In this document: positions 1 through 13,455 of the stretch, piece by piece | How positions within the stretch are numbered: the stretch's first letter is position 1 | Layout of the letters: each line of letters opens with the position of its first letter | NCBI GenBank assembly: GCA_951406725.2 | Contig: OX597825.1 | Location: 86,428,001-86,492,000 of the forward strand | Source: Octopus vulgaris | Lineage: Eukaryota | Reading direction: 5' to 3' | DNA: 64,000 nucleotides | Position numbers and translations under genes: made by a program | The notes under the pieces: generated by a model | Database searches by the model: none | Seen by the model: the letters and a program-made list of their open reading frames with translations, nothing else | What the model was told of the DNA's origin: nothing

Positions 1-562
1 ATATTAAACTGTTCTGTCTGGTGAGGAAGGTTTCTGGGATTTTCAGAGCTGTGGTCCCCTATAACCAGCATTGGAATAACTAGATTTAACTTGGCTCAAC
101 ATTGCTGTTTAAAGTATTACATGACCCCCCCACCCCATATGGATTTAGTTTCATTGTGATATTAGGGCTCAGTTTGGGCTTATTTAGGATGACAACTGAA
201 CTGACCTCTTTTCGTGATCCATATAGACTCCCATCCCATCAAGCTTGAATTTCATTGTTAGACTCTATCTAATATGAGAGGAAGGGAGCAATTGGTGGCT
301 GTGCATAGGATGGGAGAGGCAGCAGAAAGAGCCTCTTGTTGATTATGGAGCAAGAGGAATGAAGCTGGAAGCCAGGGGGAAGATGAAAAACGGGGACTTC
401 ATCAGCTCTGCTGACCCATCATCGGGAGGTTGTTATGGTTTAGGGTTGAAGCGCCCAATGGTTGTTGGATACCATCTGATGACATCAATTCCTTCTGGTT
501 AAAGATTCTTTCACTTTGGTGAGTGGAAAAGATGCACCTTCTTCCAGGTGTTATTAATAACA

Positions 563-628
563 ATCTATCTATCTATCTATCTGTCTGTCTGTTTGTCCCT
601 CTGTCTATCTATCTATCTCTATATCTAT
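563..628. repeat. (TCTA)n/(TCTG)n microsatellite
   Basis: Direct reading: tctatctatctatctatctgtctgtct... Confidence 0.85.
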
Positions 629-1289
629 ACCCCCCCCACACACATAACTGTCTATGTGTATATATATTCCTAAACCCATGCTGTTCTGGTATTATAGTAA
701 TTAAAATACTAAATGGCTGAGTTGCTTTCTAGACAAGTTACTCAACTCGAACTGTAATATAATGGATTGTCCTGTTAAAATGTCTTCATTTGTGTCAGGA
801 AGATTAATGACATATTTTCATTCTTCTCCCCCAGTCTTTCTCCTTCTCTCTGATTCATTCAGTTTCTCTTTTCTTCTTCCTCTTTGCCTCTTTTCTCTAC
901 ATACTTACAATGGTGGACATCAAAGATTAACTTCAAAGCAACATCTAGATGGTAATATGATGAACATTTCAAGCATTCTAGTTTGGTTTCTGTGTTTATC
1001 CTTTTTAATATTGATAACAGAAAGTGAAAAAGAAAGAAAAGCAAACAAATTGTGTTTGATATAAAAACGAATGTTCTTACAGGATTTTTGTTTTCTTATT
1101 TCTCTCACTTATTATCATCACTTATCAGATTAGTCTGGTTTTTAAGATATTAATTTTGAGATTTTGTCAAGCGACTTCATTCCCACATTAACCAAAAGTA
1201 AAACTAAATGACATTCATTGTATTTCTGTTATTCTCGATCCACTGAATCTTGTTTCTTTTCTAAAGTCTGGGCAATTAATCTGTCCATT

Positions 1290-1720
1290 ATTATTATTAT
1301 TATGATTATTTAATGTTCACTTTCCCATGCTTGTCTGGGTCAGATAGAATTTTATGAGACAGATTTTCTCCGGCTGGATACCTTTTCCTGTTGCCAATCC
1401 TCACCTGTTTCCAAACAAGGTAATATTTACCCATGGCTAGACATATTTTTCACAGAAGATTGGAAATGAATGAACACCATCACTTGTATGGTGGTGATGA
1501 TTGTTTACAACTGTCACATGATGTCAAGACAAGGCTACCCCCACCCACCCACACACACACACACACAGAACAAGCTTCTATCGGTGTATGTCTACCAAAT
1601 TCACTCACTAGACTTTGGCTGGCCCACAGCTACGGTAGAAGACATTTGCCCAAGGTGCTCCACACTGGAACTGAATCTGAGACCACATGGTTGGGGAGCA
1701 AGATTGTTAACCACACACAT
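1290..1720 (-). mobile_element. SINE family A (tRNA head + CORE-like segment), RTE-type tail
   Basis: Reverse complement matches the head of the 29632 copy (caccttgggcaaatgtcttctac). A (CA)n hinge is followed by the tail shared with 8970-9340. Resembles octopus OR-type SINEs from memory. Confidence 0.8.
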
Positions 1721-2079
1721 TAAAATGTTTCCCATTGACACACTCAAACTAATATTGTTAGAGGTCAATGATTTCCACATTAAAACTTATTCTTTCTAAT
1801 AATCTCATGTTTTATATAAATCTGTGCCATGTTTGGTTTAGCAACATTGGTAATATTTATTATTTTAGCATCCTTAAAATTAAACAAGCAAATAAATATA
1901 ATAAATACAAAGGCTGTTTTCTTATGTAATTGCTTTTAATTAAATATTTACCTCTTGTATGATAATGTTTTAGCATTCTTTACTGCTATTTTTTTTCATG
2001 TTGCTCTTTTGCTTGGAACTAAGTAAACTATTGAGTCCATAGTTATTTGTTTTCAAGGAGCGAAGGATTATCCAGTAAT

Positions 2080-2320
2080 CCCAAGTTTGACTGTCAAGTC
2101 TTTTCACAATGTTTACCTTGAAGATCAGTACATCATCAGTGCAGTCAGAATGGCAGTTTTAAGACAGGAGGGCACAGAAGTGTTCTCTTCAAACTGGAGT
2201 AAATTGCTGATGGCAGATAATTTTAATACAATTCACTTAGAAATAATGGATGAGCTCATAACAGTTTGTCGAGGCCCTCTTGGGGATTTCGTGGCAAGGT
2301 GATAATAATGTTTCTTGATG
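2080..2320 (-). pseudogene. Decayed non-LTR reverse transcriptase fragment
   Basis: Minus strand gives RGPRQTVMSS (like RGVRQGxxLSP), followed at a plausible distance by CTDDVLIF (like YADD). Confidence 0.4.
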
Positions 2321-2477
2321 AGTGAGGTTGATTCAATGTTGTTTTGAAAAAAATGGGAATTATATATTTGAAAACTTAGCCTGATACTAAAGATTAATGT
2401 GTGAACAACAAAAATGTCTTCTAATATCAGAATTGTCACTTAGATTATTTACTTGTTTTGTCAAAGTATCTCTCTCT

Positions 2478-2585
2478 CTTGATGATGAAGATGGAGATGA
2501 TCTTGTTCATAATGATGGTAGCGGCAGTGATAATCCTGCTGATGATGATAATGGTGATGGTAGTGAAGATGATGGTGATGAATGC
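2478..2585. repeat. Degenerate (GAT/GGT)n low-complexity tract
   Basis: gatgatgaagatggagatgat...gatggtgatg; explains the Asp-rich and Met-rich ORFs here. Confidence 0.75.
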
Positions 2586-3045
2586 TCAAGTTGATATCAA
2601 CAATGACGCTATGCAGTGTGTTCTTCCTAATTTGGGGAGATTTAGCTGCTCTTTTTTGTATGTCAAGTGACTATATAGAAGCTTGACTCAGTGGCTGGTG
2701 AGGCTTACTAATGTTATTGTCGATTATAGTAGTATGTATTTACAACTTCGATAAACTTTACCATTTGACAAGTGTAGCTCTTAACCATCTGTGGATAGAG
2801 GCCAGCACTAGTTTTAAGATACAATCTTCTCAACATTCTGTTATATTTCAATTAGATGAAGTTTTTAATGTTTCTATTGTGTACAATAGAAACAGCTTTA
2901 AATTGAAAATAGTTATCTCTGTATCATCGTAAATGTAAATACATCATTGAAAGGCAAATTTATTGCAGTATTCAAGCAGAGATAACATTTCTTAGGGATG
3001 TGCTATTTTTGAAAGCACAATATATATATATATATTGGAAGAGTA

Positions 3046-3240
3046 GAGGTGCATGGTGTTGTGGTTAGGGTATTTGGCTCATGAGTGCAAAGTTGTGAGT
3101 TCAAATCCTGGTGGCATGTTGTGCCCTTTGAGCATGACACTTTATTTCACATTGTTCCAGTTCACTCAGCTGGCAAAACTGAGTTGTCTCTATAATTCAA
3201 AGTGCCAGCCTTGTCACATTCTATGTCAGGATGAATACCA
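3046..3240 (+). mobile_element. SINE family C (tRNA head, CORE-like), 3' incomplete
   Basis: B-box-like gagttcaaatcc, then tgtgccctttgagcatgacactttatttcac...cactcagctgg, shared with the 55991 and 62878 copies. Confidence 0.75.
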
Positions 3241-3499
3241 CAGTAAATTTGCCTTTCAATGATGTATTTACATTAAGTATGATACATAGATGGCTGCTTT
3301 TAATTTTCATTTTAAATAAAGTAAATTCATTTTTGATAATGATTTTTTCCTCTTTAAATAATATAGTTTTACTGAAGGATTATATCTTTGGAGAAAATTG
3401 TTTTTGTATTTAAACTAGCTTTTCATTTAAAACATTTTAATGCTAGAAAATGTGTACTAGCTTTGTTTAAATTATTATGATAACTCAAAACTAAAATTT

Positions 3500-3765
3500 T
3501 CACCAAGACTTGTGGTGTAAATGTATGATGAGCTCTGGTTGAAAGAAGTGTCTTGTGTTGTTGGTAGTGGAAGATATCATTAGAAGAGGAAACCTAGCGA
3601 AGCATGGGAAGAAGTGGTTGTATATGTTTAAGACCAGAACTTGGGATGCTGGGGTCCACAAGCTACAGAAGATTGAAACAAGTAGCAATATGTTTTTTAA
3701 TGGCTATGTTTCACCAATGTTTTTTAGGTGAGGTGGACATTGAAATAAAGATGAGGATGATGATA
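3500..3765 (+). mobile_element. Decayed RTE-clade LINE 3' end
   Basis: Frameshifted RRGRPxKxWxEVV-like stretch (agaagaggaaacctagcgaagcatgggaagaagtggtt) followed by a gtggacatt...gatgatgat tail. Confidence 0.5.
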
Positions 3766-5889
3766 TTATGATGCAAAAACTGGAATTACTATTGCATTAT
3801 TAAGAATTTCTAAATGTACCAATGCTACAGTTGTCCTATTACTGTCTACACCAGGAGGGGAATATTTTTAAGACTAGGGGTGAGTTGTGTTTAAAAATTT
3901 GTGGAGCTGTATCTGTGGTGAGAAAAATAAGGAATCTTTAATTTTACAAATTCACAGATGTGCAGCTTATGTGAAATATTGCTGTTTAAAGGCTTAAACT
4001 AGTTTTCTTTTTCTTTTTTTTTTTTTGTATGGATTTTTGTGACCTTGTTAATGGACAATTTTGAATTTGAGAAGAGTAAAATTTCAGAGGATTTCTACTA
4101 CTGATCTGAGGAGTTTATCATTCTTATCTCCACATTGGCTTCACTTAAAGTTGGTTAGCATCATCTGTGCAGGAGTCTGACTGCTTAAAAAAACCCCAAA
4201 AACAATGAAACAAAGAGATGTTGAGAAATTTGTTATGCAGCAGAGTCTGCCCTATTTTGAAATATATTCTGTGTCATTGTTTATTATTATTATTATTATT
4301 ATTAGACAGCTGTTAAGTATAAAATTGATATAGCCAGCCAGAAATAACACATTGCTGGCTTCATTCTATGAGTACAGTGGTAGGAGGATAAATAACTGTT
4401 TAGCCATGTTGTTAGGCCTACTGCAAATGTTTTATAGTCCCTTCTGTTTGATTGCAGTTCATGGGAATATTTGATACCAACTTAGAAGAGTAACATATGT
4501 TCTATAGCTAAACACAAACCTCAACAACACCCACAATATCACCAGCCTAATCGATAAAATACATTTGGAATGAATTTTATTATTTATATATTCTCATTTT
4601 GGTTTCTTATTTCAGTTTTGACATTTCCAGTTTTAAAATTAAATAATATATCAGGAATTAAAATAGATCTCAATTCAGGCATTTTTATTTTTTCATACAT
4701 TTAGTCAAGAGGGAAGGCAGTGTTTTGCCCTGTTTCAGGTCTTCCAACAATGGTGGGGCAGAGGGAGGGAAGGAAGATATCCTCAAACTCAAAACCTGGG
4801 TGATGGGTCACCTAAGTTAAGTCATGGTAGAATTGGGACTAAGAACACAAAAGGCTTCAAAAAATACCACAAGGCTTCTGGTCTGGTGTTCTTACAGTTC
4901 TGATAAACTGCCATCTTAGATTGTACTTCATTGATCTTGAATGAGATTTCAACTTTAAATGTACTACCTTGGTTAAGCCAAGCAGTAGCATTCACTGCAA
5001 TTTGGTATATGGAAACTGCAGGAAACCTGCTGTGTTTATGTGTGTATGTGTGTGTGTAATGCTTATATTCCATGCTTGTGGACTGCTCTAGTGGTGCTGA
5101 TGTTGATATTTATTATTGATTATTCTGTATTTTTGATGACTTATAGAATAAACAATTCCTTAAATGAAAAATAAGTTAGGCTTCACCACAAGAAGAGCAT
5201 CCGGCCACAAAACCCTGCTTTAAATAATTCTCTATCCCAACCTTTGCTGGCTTGGATAAACAGACATTAAACAGACAAATTTGTATTTGTTTTGTTCTTT
5301 TAATACTGTGCTTTTAATCTAATTATATAAAATATCATGACTGATATTTTAAGAATCAAACATTGGACTCTGAATTAAACCAAAAAGGAAGCTAAATAAT
5401 AATAAAAAAAAATACTTGAATTTCCAGAGGCAAACTGAATAAAAGTAGTTTTTTAATTTTTTTATTCTGGTATTGCTCAAATATGCCACTCCTCACCAAC
5501 CTTTGTTGTTAATACGCAACATCCATGTGTTACTTGGTCTACCTCTATTTTTTATGAGGAAACTTCATTATTTTTATTTTACCTGTGAAATGTTAGTTTT
5601 TTTTTTTTCTATTAGTGGCACATCCTGTCAAATTTGATATCTTTTGTGTTGAAACAATGAACTCATCCTATTTAGAACCAATGGGGGAAGGGACTATTTT
5701 AATAGTTTTGTAGGGTCTTCCATTTGGAAGTCATTACACACACCTGATTCTCTTGGCCTACTTAAAAAAAAAGTTCTCGTCTCCTACCTTTCTGCAAGAG
5801 ATTTTTTGCAGTCTAGATCTTGATGACTTTCTATATTTTTGCTAAACCATTCCAAGTATTATCAATACTTCTGAGATAATTACACATTC

Positions 5890-6170
5890 TTTATTTTTTT
5901 TTATTGGTGCCATTTATTGGACTTTGGCCATACTAGAGCACTGCCTTCAAGGGTTTAGACAATCATATCTACTCTAGTCACACTAACATGCTTAACACAC
6001 ATACACACACACACACACACACTGGGCTTCTTTCAGTTTCTGTCTACCAAACTCATTAAGCCTTGGTTGGGCTGAGGCTATAAGTAGAAGACACTTGCTC
6101 AAGGTTCTAAGCAGTGAGATTGAAACATGTGGTTGGCAAGCAAAGTTGGCAACCACACACATGCCTTCAC
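5890..6170 (-). mobile_element. SINE family A, partial tail B
   Basis: gggcttctttcagtttctgtctaccaa...agaagacacttgctcaagg is the reverse complement of the family A head. Confidence 0.75.
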
Positions 6171-6359
6171 CCATTTCATACACACACACATGCACTAACA
6201 GTTTGTATATAAAAGCAATTTAACATTCAAACTAAAGGATTACTCAAGACTTTTTAGTATTAAGTAAGCTGAAACTTCAGTCATGGTCAGCTTTTACCTT
6301 GTAAAAGTCAATAGTTAATAACTCTACTAAAATTGTGTGTGTGTGTGTGTGTGTTTGTA

Positions 6360-6766
6360 TACTAGCATACTTGTGTTTGACATTGTGTTTGCAGCCATGT
6401 GTTTTGGAGTTTGGTCTCACTGTGCAAGCGTCTTTGGCAAGCGTCTTCTATAACTTATATAAACTGTAGACAGAAACTGTAGGAATCCCGTCATATATGC
6501 GTGTGTTTGTGCTTGTGTGCATGTTGCTATTCTGTGTTTGACACCACTTGAGTGCAGCCGTAGTGACGTGAACACTCTTTGTTGACATTATTAATGATCA
6601 TTCTCTCTACTTTTGAAGTTTTCTGGAACAAAAACACACACAAAAAATATCCTTTATTCGAAAACAGGTAAGGGTTGTGACAAGAAGATGCATCTGGACA
6701 TGTAACACATCCTCAAATAAGTTCCCAGTCTAAGCCTGGATGGTGTGGCATAACAGACATTAAATG
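6360..6766 (+). mobile_element. Diverged SINE family A, RTE-type tail
   Basis: ttggcaagcgtcttcta...gaaactg..., ending aagatgcatctgg...agacattaaatga. Confidence 0.6.
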
Positions 6767-7617
6767 AGCACGCGTGCACACACACACACACTTTCAGTAA
6801 GTAAATGATTGAAATGAAAACATAAAAAAAGCCATAACAGAATATCTACAAACCGATGTTAGTTTAGTAATTACTGTAATTAGTAAGGAATGTTATAAGT
6901 GAGATTTGAAAATACTGTTGCCAAGTAATTATAAAAACAAAAGACAAATATGCTTCACATTGATTAATTTTTAACTGTTTCCAGTTAAGTTGATTTCCTT
7001 GTTCGTAATAAGAAAATGATTTGAATTGCATTACATGGGTGGGTGGGGAAAAGAGATGTGTGTGTGTGTATATGTATATATATATATAAGAGAGAGAGAG
7101 AGAGAGAACAGCTCCCACTTATAACATCGATAACTTTCCTGGTTTAGTTTTCCATTTCTTTTTAGTGTTAATCATGTAAATAGATATTGATAAACACAGT
7201 GCCGCCCCCCCCCCGCCGCTGCTCGCCCACAGGCATGCACATAGGCACACTCCTGCATGCATACACACATGTTGCTGGCTACAAAGGATTATTGACTTTT
7301 GTTGTTGAGTCATCATAATAAATAGGTAAGCCTGTGTGCATGTAAGAATGGATAAGTCCACTCACCAACTGTGAAAGCTAGTTGTTTCTGTCAGGAGTTT
7401 ACATCTTCAACTATAGAAACCAACCCAACAATGGTCTAAGCATTTATTGATTTGGGATACAAACTTTTAGCTTGTTCTTTCTCTGTGTTTGGTTAGCATT
7501 TAAAGCCATTCTCTACTTTACTGAATGCTCTTTTAAGGCACCAGTGTTGGCTTGCATTTATAAAAAGCTGTAGCTTAGAATTCTATAATGGGCAAGTCAG
7601 CTTGATTAGTCCGGTTT

Positions 7618-7648
<31 letters not shown>

Positions 7649-7989
7649 TCAGATGTAGCAATTGATATCATATCTTTGAGTAACCATTAAAGACATTTCA
7701 AATATTACCATGGCAACTGAATTAAGGATTCTAAAAGAACTCTTTAAAGCATTATTGCTTGATTGCTAAGACAAAACAGGCATTGATATCCAAAAGATCC
7801 ACGGTGCCAAGATAGCCAGTTGTATGCATGTTAGGTATAAAATAACTTTCAAACACAAGATTCTGAATACAGCCAAGGTTTTTGCCCATTTTTTAAAAGT
7901 ATATTATTGATAGTCTTTTGGTGGGATTGCATGGAAGAATAGCTAACCATTATTGACTGCAGAACTTTAACTTTAAAACTATACACTTT

Positions 7990-8120
7990 GGCAAAAAAGG
8001 CTTTGATTGACCTGTGGCTTTAGTAGAAGATGCTTGTCCAAGGTGTTATGCAGTTGGACTGAACCCCAAAGCCATGTTGTTGGGAAGTGAATTACTTAAT
8101 CATACAGCCACATCTGCACC
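7990..8120 (-). mobile_element. SINE family A head fragment
   Basis: agtagaagatgcttgtccaaggtg...ggactgaacc matches the reverse-complement head. Confidence 0.65.
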
Positions 8121-8969
8121 TACAACATGGTCTTTAAAAGTCGTTTAGGATAATTAGTGTAATTAAACTATAAAAAAGAACAAAAACTATATATAAAACC
8201 ACTAAAATCAGTTTATGAATTGAGAAAATAATTATCTGAGCTGTTTTCCAATGGTATCATATCCCCATGGTATCTGAGATGTAGTGCACCATGTATGTGT
8301 TTGTGAGTAATCGTATCTTGGATATTATATTGCACAATGCACGATATGTTCGTGGACAGCCATGTCTGCTGGTAAGTGTATCTCACCTGAAATGTATGCA
8401 TACATACATACATGCATATGTACACATGCACTCACTCAATAAATTGTAAGTTCCAAAAAGGGTAGGAACTTAGACCGGAACATACAGGAGAGGTGATACT
8501 ATGTATATAAATAATGATTCTCTGAGGGTTATATACACAAATAAAATAGAAATGATTTATAAAAATGATCCTTTAATTCCTTGGATAAATGAATAAATAA
8601 ATATTACATTAATGAGAAAATGCTCATTAAATAGTTTCCAACAGAAAACTGCACCCAATCACTGCTTTAAAAGGATCACTGTGTCTATAGACGGACACAG
8701 TTGCAATAGAAGTGGTTGGATTACAAAAGATTGTATAAATAAGTAGGTTTATACTTAAAGTGGATATTCAAGTACAATATTTTCAGTTGTGGTTAATGCA
8801 AATATTAACTGCAGTATACTTAATAATAATAATAATACAAACACTAAATATAAGGTATGGATATTGCAATCAATATTGTAGACGAATGAGTAATGTGCAG
8901 GTTTCGTTGTAACAAGCTACTAAGTACTGAGAAACTTGTATAAATTGGAAATTCAATGAGTTGTTAGTT

Positions 8970-9340
8970 TCTGGCTATGTGCTTAAGAAGTTCACTTCCC
9001 AATCACATGGTTTCAGGTTCAGTCCCACTGTGTGGCACCTTGGGGCAAGTATCTTCTATTGTTCAAAGCCTTGTGAGTGGATTTGTAAGATGGAATCTGA
9101 AAAAGCCCATTGTGTGTGTGTGTGTGTGTGTCTCTCTCTCTCTCTCTCGACATGACATAATAGTTGTAAATGAGCACCGTTGTTATACAAGGTGGTGCTG
9201 TTCATCTTCAATCTTCAAAAAATGTTAAGCCACAGGGAAATATTACCTTGCTTGGAAATAGGTGAAGATTGGTGACAGGAAGGGCATCTGATCATAGAAA
9301 ACCTGCCTCACAAAATTCCATGTGGACGTTAAAAAACAAT
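8970..9340 (+). mobile_element. SINE family A, RTE-type tail
   Basis: B box ggttcagtccc, CORE-like caccttggggcaagt, (TG)n(TC)n hinge, tail aggaagggcatc...gtggacgttaaa. Confidence 0.85.
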
Positions 9341-10232
9341 GATAACTCTGCAAAGAAATAGTATTTCTTAAGGCATTAAATTGTGAGATGTTGTCCATTT
9401 TGGTAAAGCATTGAAGTCTACTTACCTCAGTTTCAGATTTCCTGGAAGAAAGTCGACTGTCATAAATTATTTCCTTGGAAGAGTTTGTCTGTATAACAAA
9501 AGGCTTAAAAAGAAATACAAGTGGAGTCAAACTTTTGGTTGTTGAAATCTTTAAAATAATAATAATAATAGTAATAATTATAATAGTAATGAGCTTATTG
9601 TTTGCAGTGGTCGGGTGCCCTACAGCTTATTGGTAACGGTTAAAAGAGGGGATAGAAGCAACAATAAATAAGGAAATACTATAATAAAAATGAGAAATAC
9701 ATAGAGAAATACACAGAATAGAAGGGAAAAAGACATAGAAGGTGACAATGTAAAAGTCATAAAGAGGAAAGGGTTCATGGGCAGTAGAAGTGTTGGGCAA
9801 TTTTGGGAGGCAATGGAATTTTTTTACGAATGCTGTGACCTGACAGATGTGGATGATATAATAATTTTTTTCATGGATTTTAGTCGAAGAGACTATTAAC
9901 TTAAATCTAAACATTGACAGCCTAAATCAAATTTGCAAGGTTTCGTTAGATTTTCATTTTCATTTATCATTAAGTCAAATATATACTGACCCCCCCCCCC
10001 CCACTCTCTCACACACACAGAGGGAGATAGAGGTGTAGGTGTGTTTCACAGCAGAATGTTTTCTAGTGTTCCTTTGAACCTGTATTCAATTGGTAATCTG
10101 TCTGTAATATTTCTAAATTGAAGATTTCTGTATTGTTGATCAAACATGAAATGGAGGAACAGGTGATCATTTTGAAAGCACCAACCCACTCTCCCCCACT
10201 CTCTCTGTCTGTCTGTCTGTCTGTCTCTCTCA

Positions 10233-10273
<41 letters not shown>

Positions 10274-10799
10274 CTGTGTTGATAAGAAGCTGCCTTGCTG
10301 TAAAATTTTCACCCCCAATTATACATGCTCTGCTACCCATATTTGGCACACCTTTGTGATGGTGCAGGTGATATTGTGGCAGATGTGCTTGGTTAGATGC
10401 CTGAAAACTATTCAAGCAAGAAAAATATGGGTGTTTAACGTCATCATTGTCATCATCACCATTATCTTCGCTAATATCATTGTCAGCATAATTATTATTT
10501 TAAATGTTACTTGATGACAGTTTTACATAAACGGTAATTACCATTCCTGTGTGTCAACTGTATTAGTGTCATTTTATCACAAAAATATGAAGTCTGTCCA
10601 TGTAAAAGGAAAAGCTACAACAAACATGACATGATTGCAGGGTCCACTTTAGTGAGAAATCTGTACTAACACCTTCTTTTATATAAGTTTGTTGTGTGTG
10701 TGCATGTTTATACACACATGTACAGAAAGGTGACGAACCTTCTATTTATAGGTGAGTCATGAGTTTATATACATGTAAAATTATTGTGTGTGCCTGCAT

Positions 10800-11640
10800 T
10801 TTATTGTTTATATTTATGACATTGTGAGAGGTGGAAGGAGCATCAGGCTTGACCATTTTTGGAGTCTCTAAGATTGGTAGAAGTGAGACAGGAAGTGATT
10901 TTCAGATTTGAGACTCCACTAAAGGTGGTATGTATGAGCCAAACTCAGCAGGACTTCTACTGTTTTGAAAATAGCATCAGTGAATCTATGAATGTCTGTT
11001 GACTGTAAAGGGCTGACACCCTATGACCCAAGAGAATTTATCTCTCACTTTATGCCACAAGACTTGAGCAGAACACTGGGCTTTTTTTTTTTGATAAATC
11101 ATTGCCTGAGGATATTTCTTCTGGTATATATGAAGTTGTGACTTTTGATCAAAAGTATTCCACTCATGGCTATCCATCCTCAGTGTGATCTTCCATCTCT
11201 TAAGAAAGTAGAATGCAATTTGAGGAAGAGGTGGTTCCTATTTTTAACAGATTAGGTGCCTGCTCGTTGGGTAGCATTCTGCCCCACATTGACATATTAT
11301 TTCTGGTTATATATTGGTAATATATTGGTTGTAACTTCATGTTTGGCTGCTTAAATATTGAGTAACCACTGATGTGCAGCACATGCATAAATTACTATGG
11401 CTTGATCTATGTAATTGCATCATCAGTTGCTACATCACTCAAAAGTCATTGGTTATTAGCTTCTTCCTTGCCAAAAGTGAATGTTCTTCATAACTGTTTA
11501 TTTCCCCAGAATTCTATCAACATTTTCAAAAGCAACTTCATCTCCTTTCACCCCGTAGTACCACCATTAATACACTTGGCCTTCACTAATCTCATTAAAA
11601 TCTACTGATTCTACATTTGTCTTTGCTGGTTTTACGTCTG
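10800..11640 (-). mobile_element. Possible old LINE remnant (APE endonuclease-like)
   Basis: Higher-complexity sequence; minus frame ISGYSIFKQ resembles the APE IxGYxxFR motif. Single weak motif. Confidence 0.3.
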
Positions 11641-11694
11641 TCTTGCTTTACTAAAATTATTTCTCTCATCTCCCTGTGTCTTTTATTGTTGTGT

Positions 11695-11912
11695 CGTTGT
11701 TGCTGTTGTTATAATTATTTAACCCAAGCTCAGTCTTGAGTAGGCATGTAGTCAGGCAGTCCATCCATGACCATCTCTTTATTTTTACCCGGCATTGTGT
11801 ATCTAGGATTACATTGTCCAATGTTTTTCCCCTTTTTTTTTGTAACTGTCAAGGGACGTTGGGCTGCTATTTCTAGCGAGTTGAATGACCACATAATAGC
11901 TCCTTGTGGTTT
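11695..11912 (-). mobile_element. Family E short interspersed repeat with (CAA)n tail
   Basis: gtgtatctaggattacattgtccaatg...ggctgctatttctagc recurs at 40690, 47595, 51215 and 53555, and inverted at 34455 and 41070. Confidence 0.75.
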
Positions 11913-13074
11913 GGAAGCTGCTGAAGAATTGTTCAAAATTGTTCCAATGGAACTTAAGTCAATGACCACATGGATTATCTACAATTTGCTGGAAGTGACT
12001 TTACTGGACATTGTTAGATTCCTCATGAGAAAGTCTTGAGCTGTTTGGAATATATTCCTGATAAAGCTGGTGCAGTATGGCACTAATGCCATGTGGATGA
12101 TGGTTTTTGAATCTCGTTCTAACTGGGTCATCATCATCTGAAGTATGTTCTTGTGATATTTCATAACACTTAACTGGAAACCACTCACTCATTGGCAATG
12201 CCTTTCATTCTTTCTTTCTTTCTTCCCTTTTTTTCTTCTTGTAAATTAGTCAGAAGAGGAGGGGCAATGCCCATGACCTTTGGAGTCCATATTCCTCTCA
12301 GACTGGTGGAATTGATGTAAGTTGGAATAACTGCAGGAAAACATTCGGTGGGGAGTCTTCCTGTCACTCTTTCTTCCTTCCTATCCAACCAGCCAACCAA
12401 CCACTCCTATCCTTGAATCTAAGACGGTTTTGTGCAGCAACTGTTTTATCATTTAGAGATCCAAAATTCAAATATTAAAGAATAATCATAAACCATGCTG
12501 TTTTCTAAATCCAAAGCTATGAAAAATTTTAAGAAAAATATTTAACAACACATTTTGCATAATTTTTAGATTTTTTAAAGTTAACTTTTGCATTTAACCC
12601 ATCTTTTTATTTATTTATTTATCGCATTTTTGAAATTTCCTTCTGGGAGGAAAAATGCTTATATGGTTTTGTTTGTGTAACCTGCTGTGTATCGCACTTT
12701 TATTAATAGCTCTACCATTTAAGATTTGCTGTTAGCTCTTTCTTCTGTACCATCTGCTTTTATCAGAAACGATAATCTTTCAGGCCTTAGGGTAGTCTTT
12801 AGTTTTATAAATGGCAAAAGGCTGATGGAATGGCAGAAACACTGCCAGACTAAATGCTTCGCACTTCTTTATTTAATATTTTTTTTTTTAAACCATTTTG
12901 AGATCAAATTGTACAAGTCAACTTGGTGTTTCAAATGTCTAGAGTTGGGTCGAGTCAGATTGATTTGATAAAATACATACTGAATTTATTCAATTGACGA
13001 CAACCTTCCTACAAAATTGTTAGCTTTGTACACATTTTATGAACCACCACCATCATCATCATCATCATTATTTA

Positions 13075-13426
13075 GGGCAGCAAGCTGGCAGAATTGCTAG
13101 TGTTGAACAAAATAGTATGTGTTATTTTTTATAGCTCTTTGCAGTTCTGGTTTCAAATCTACCATGGTTAACTTTGCCATTCATCCTTTTGGGGTTAGTA
13201 ACATGAAGTGTCAGTCAAGTACTGGGAATTGATGGCATTGACTAATCCTTCCCCTTAAAATTGCTGACCTTGAAGATAAATCAGAAACCATTATTCTGCT
13301 GAGGTCAGCTTTACCTTTCATCTTTCGGGAGTTGATGAAATAAGGACCAGTATAGCACTGGGGTCAATGTAATCGACTGGTCTCGTTTCACAAAATTTCA
13401 GGCTTTGTGCCTATAGTAGAAAGGAT
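13075..13426 (+). mobile_element. Two tandem SINE family B copies (Meta-like domain), second 5' truncated
   Basis: ggcagcaagctggcagaat head; the actttgccattcatccttttgggg and ttacctttcatctttcggg modules occur twice; (TTA)n tail. Confidence 0.8.
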
Positions 13427-13455
13427 TATTATTATTATTATTATCATTGTTGTTG

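Noticed and set aside
195-410. Minus-strand hammerhead (CTGATGA ... GAAA ... GTC)
   Set aside because: Stems I and III do not pair in register and the core halves are about 185 nt apart.
2397-2670. Acidic Asp-rich ORF
   Set aside because: Degenerate (GAT)n tract without convincing splice sites.
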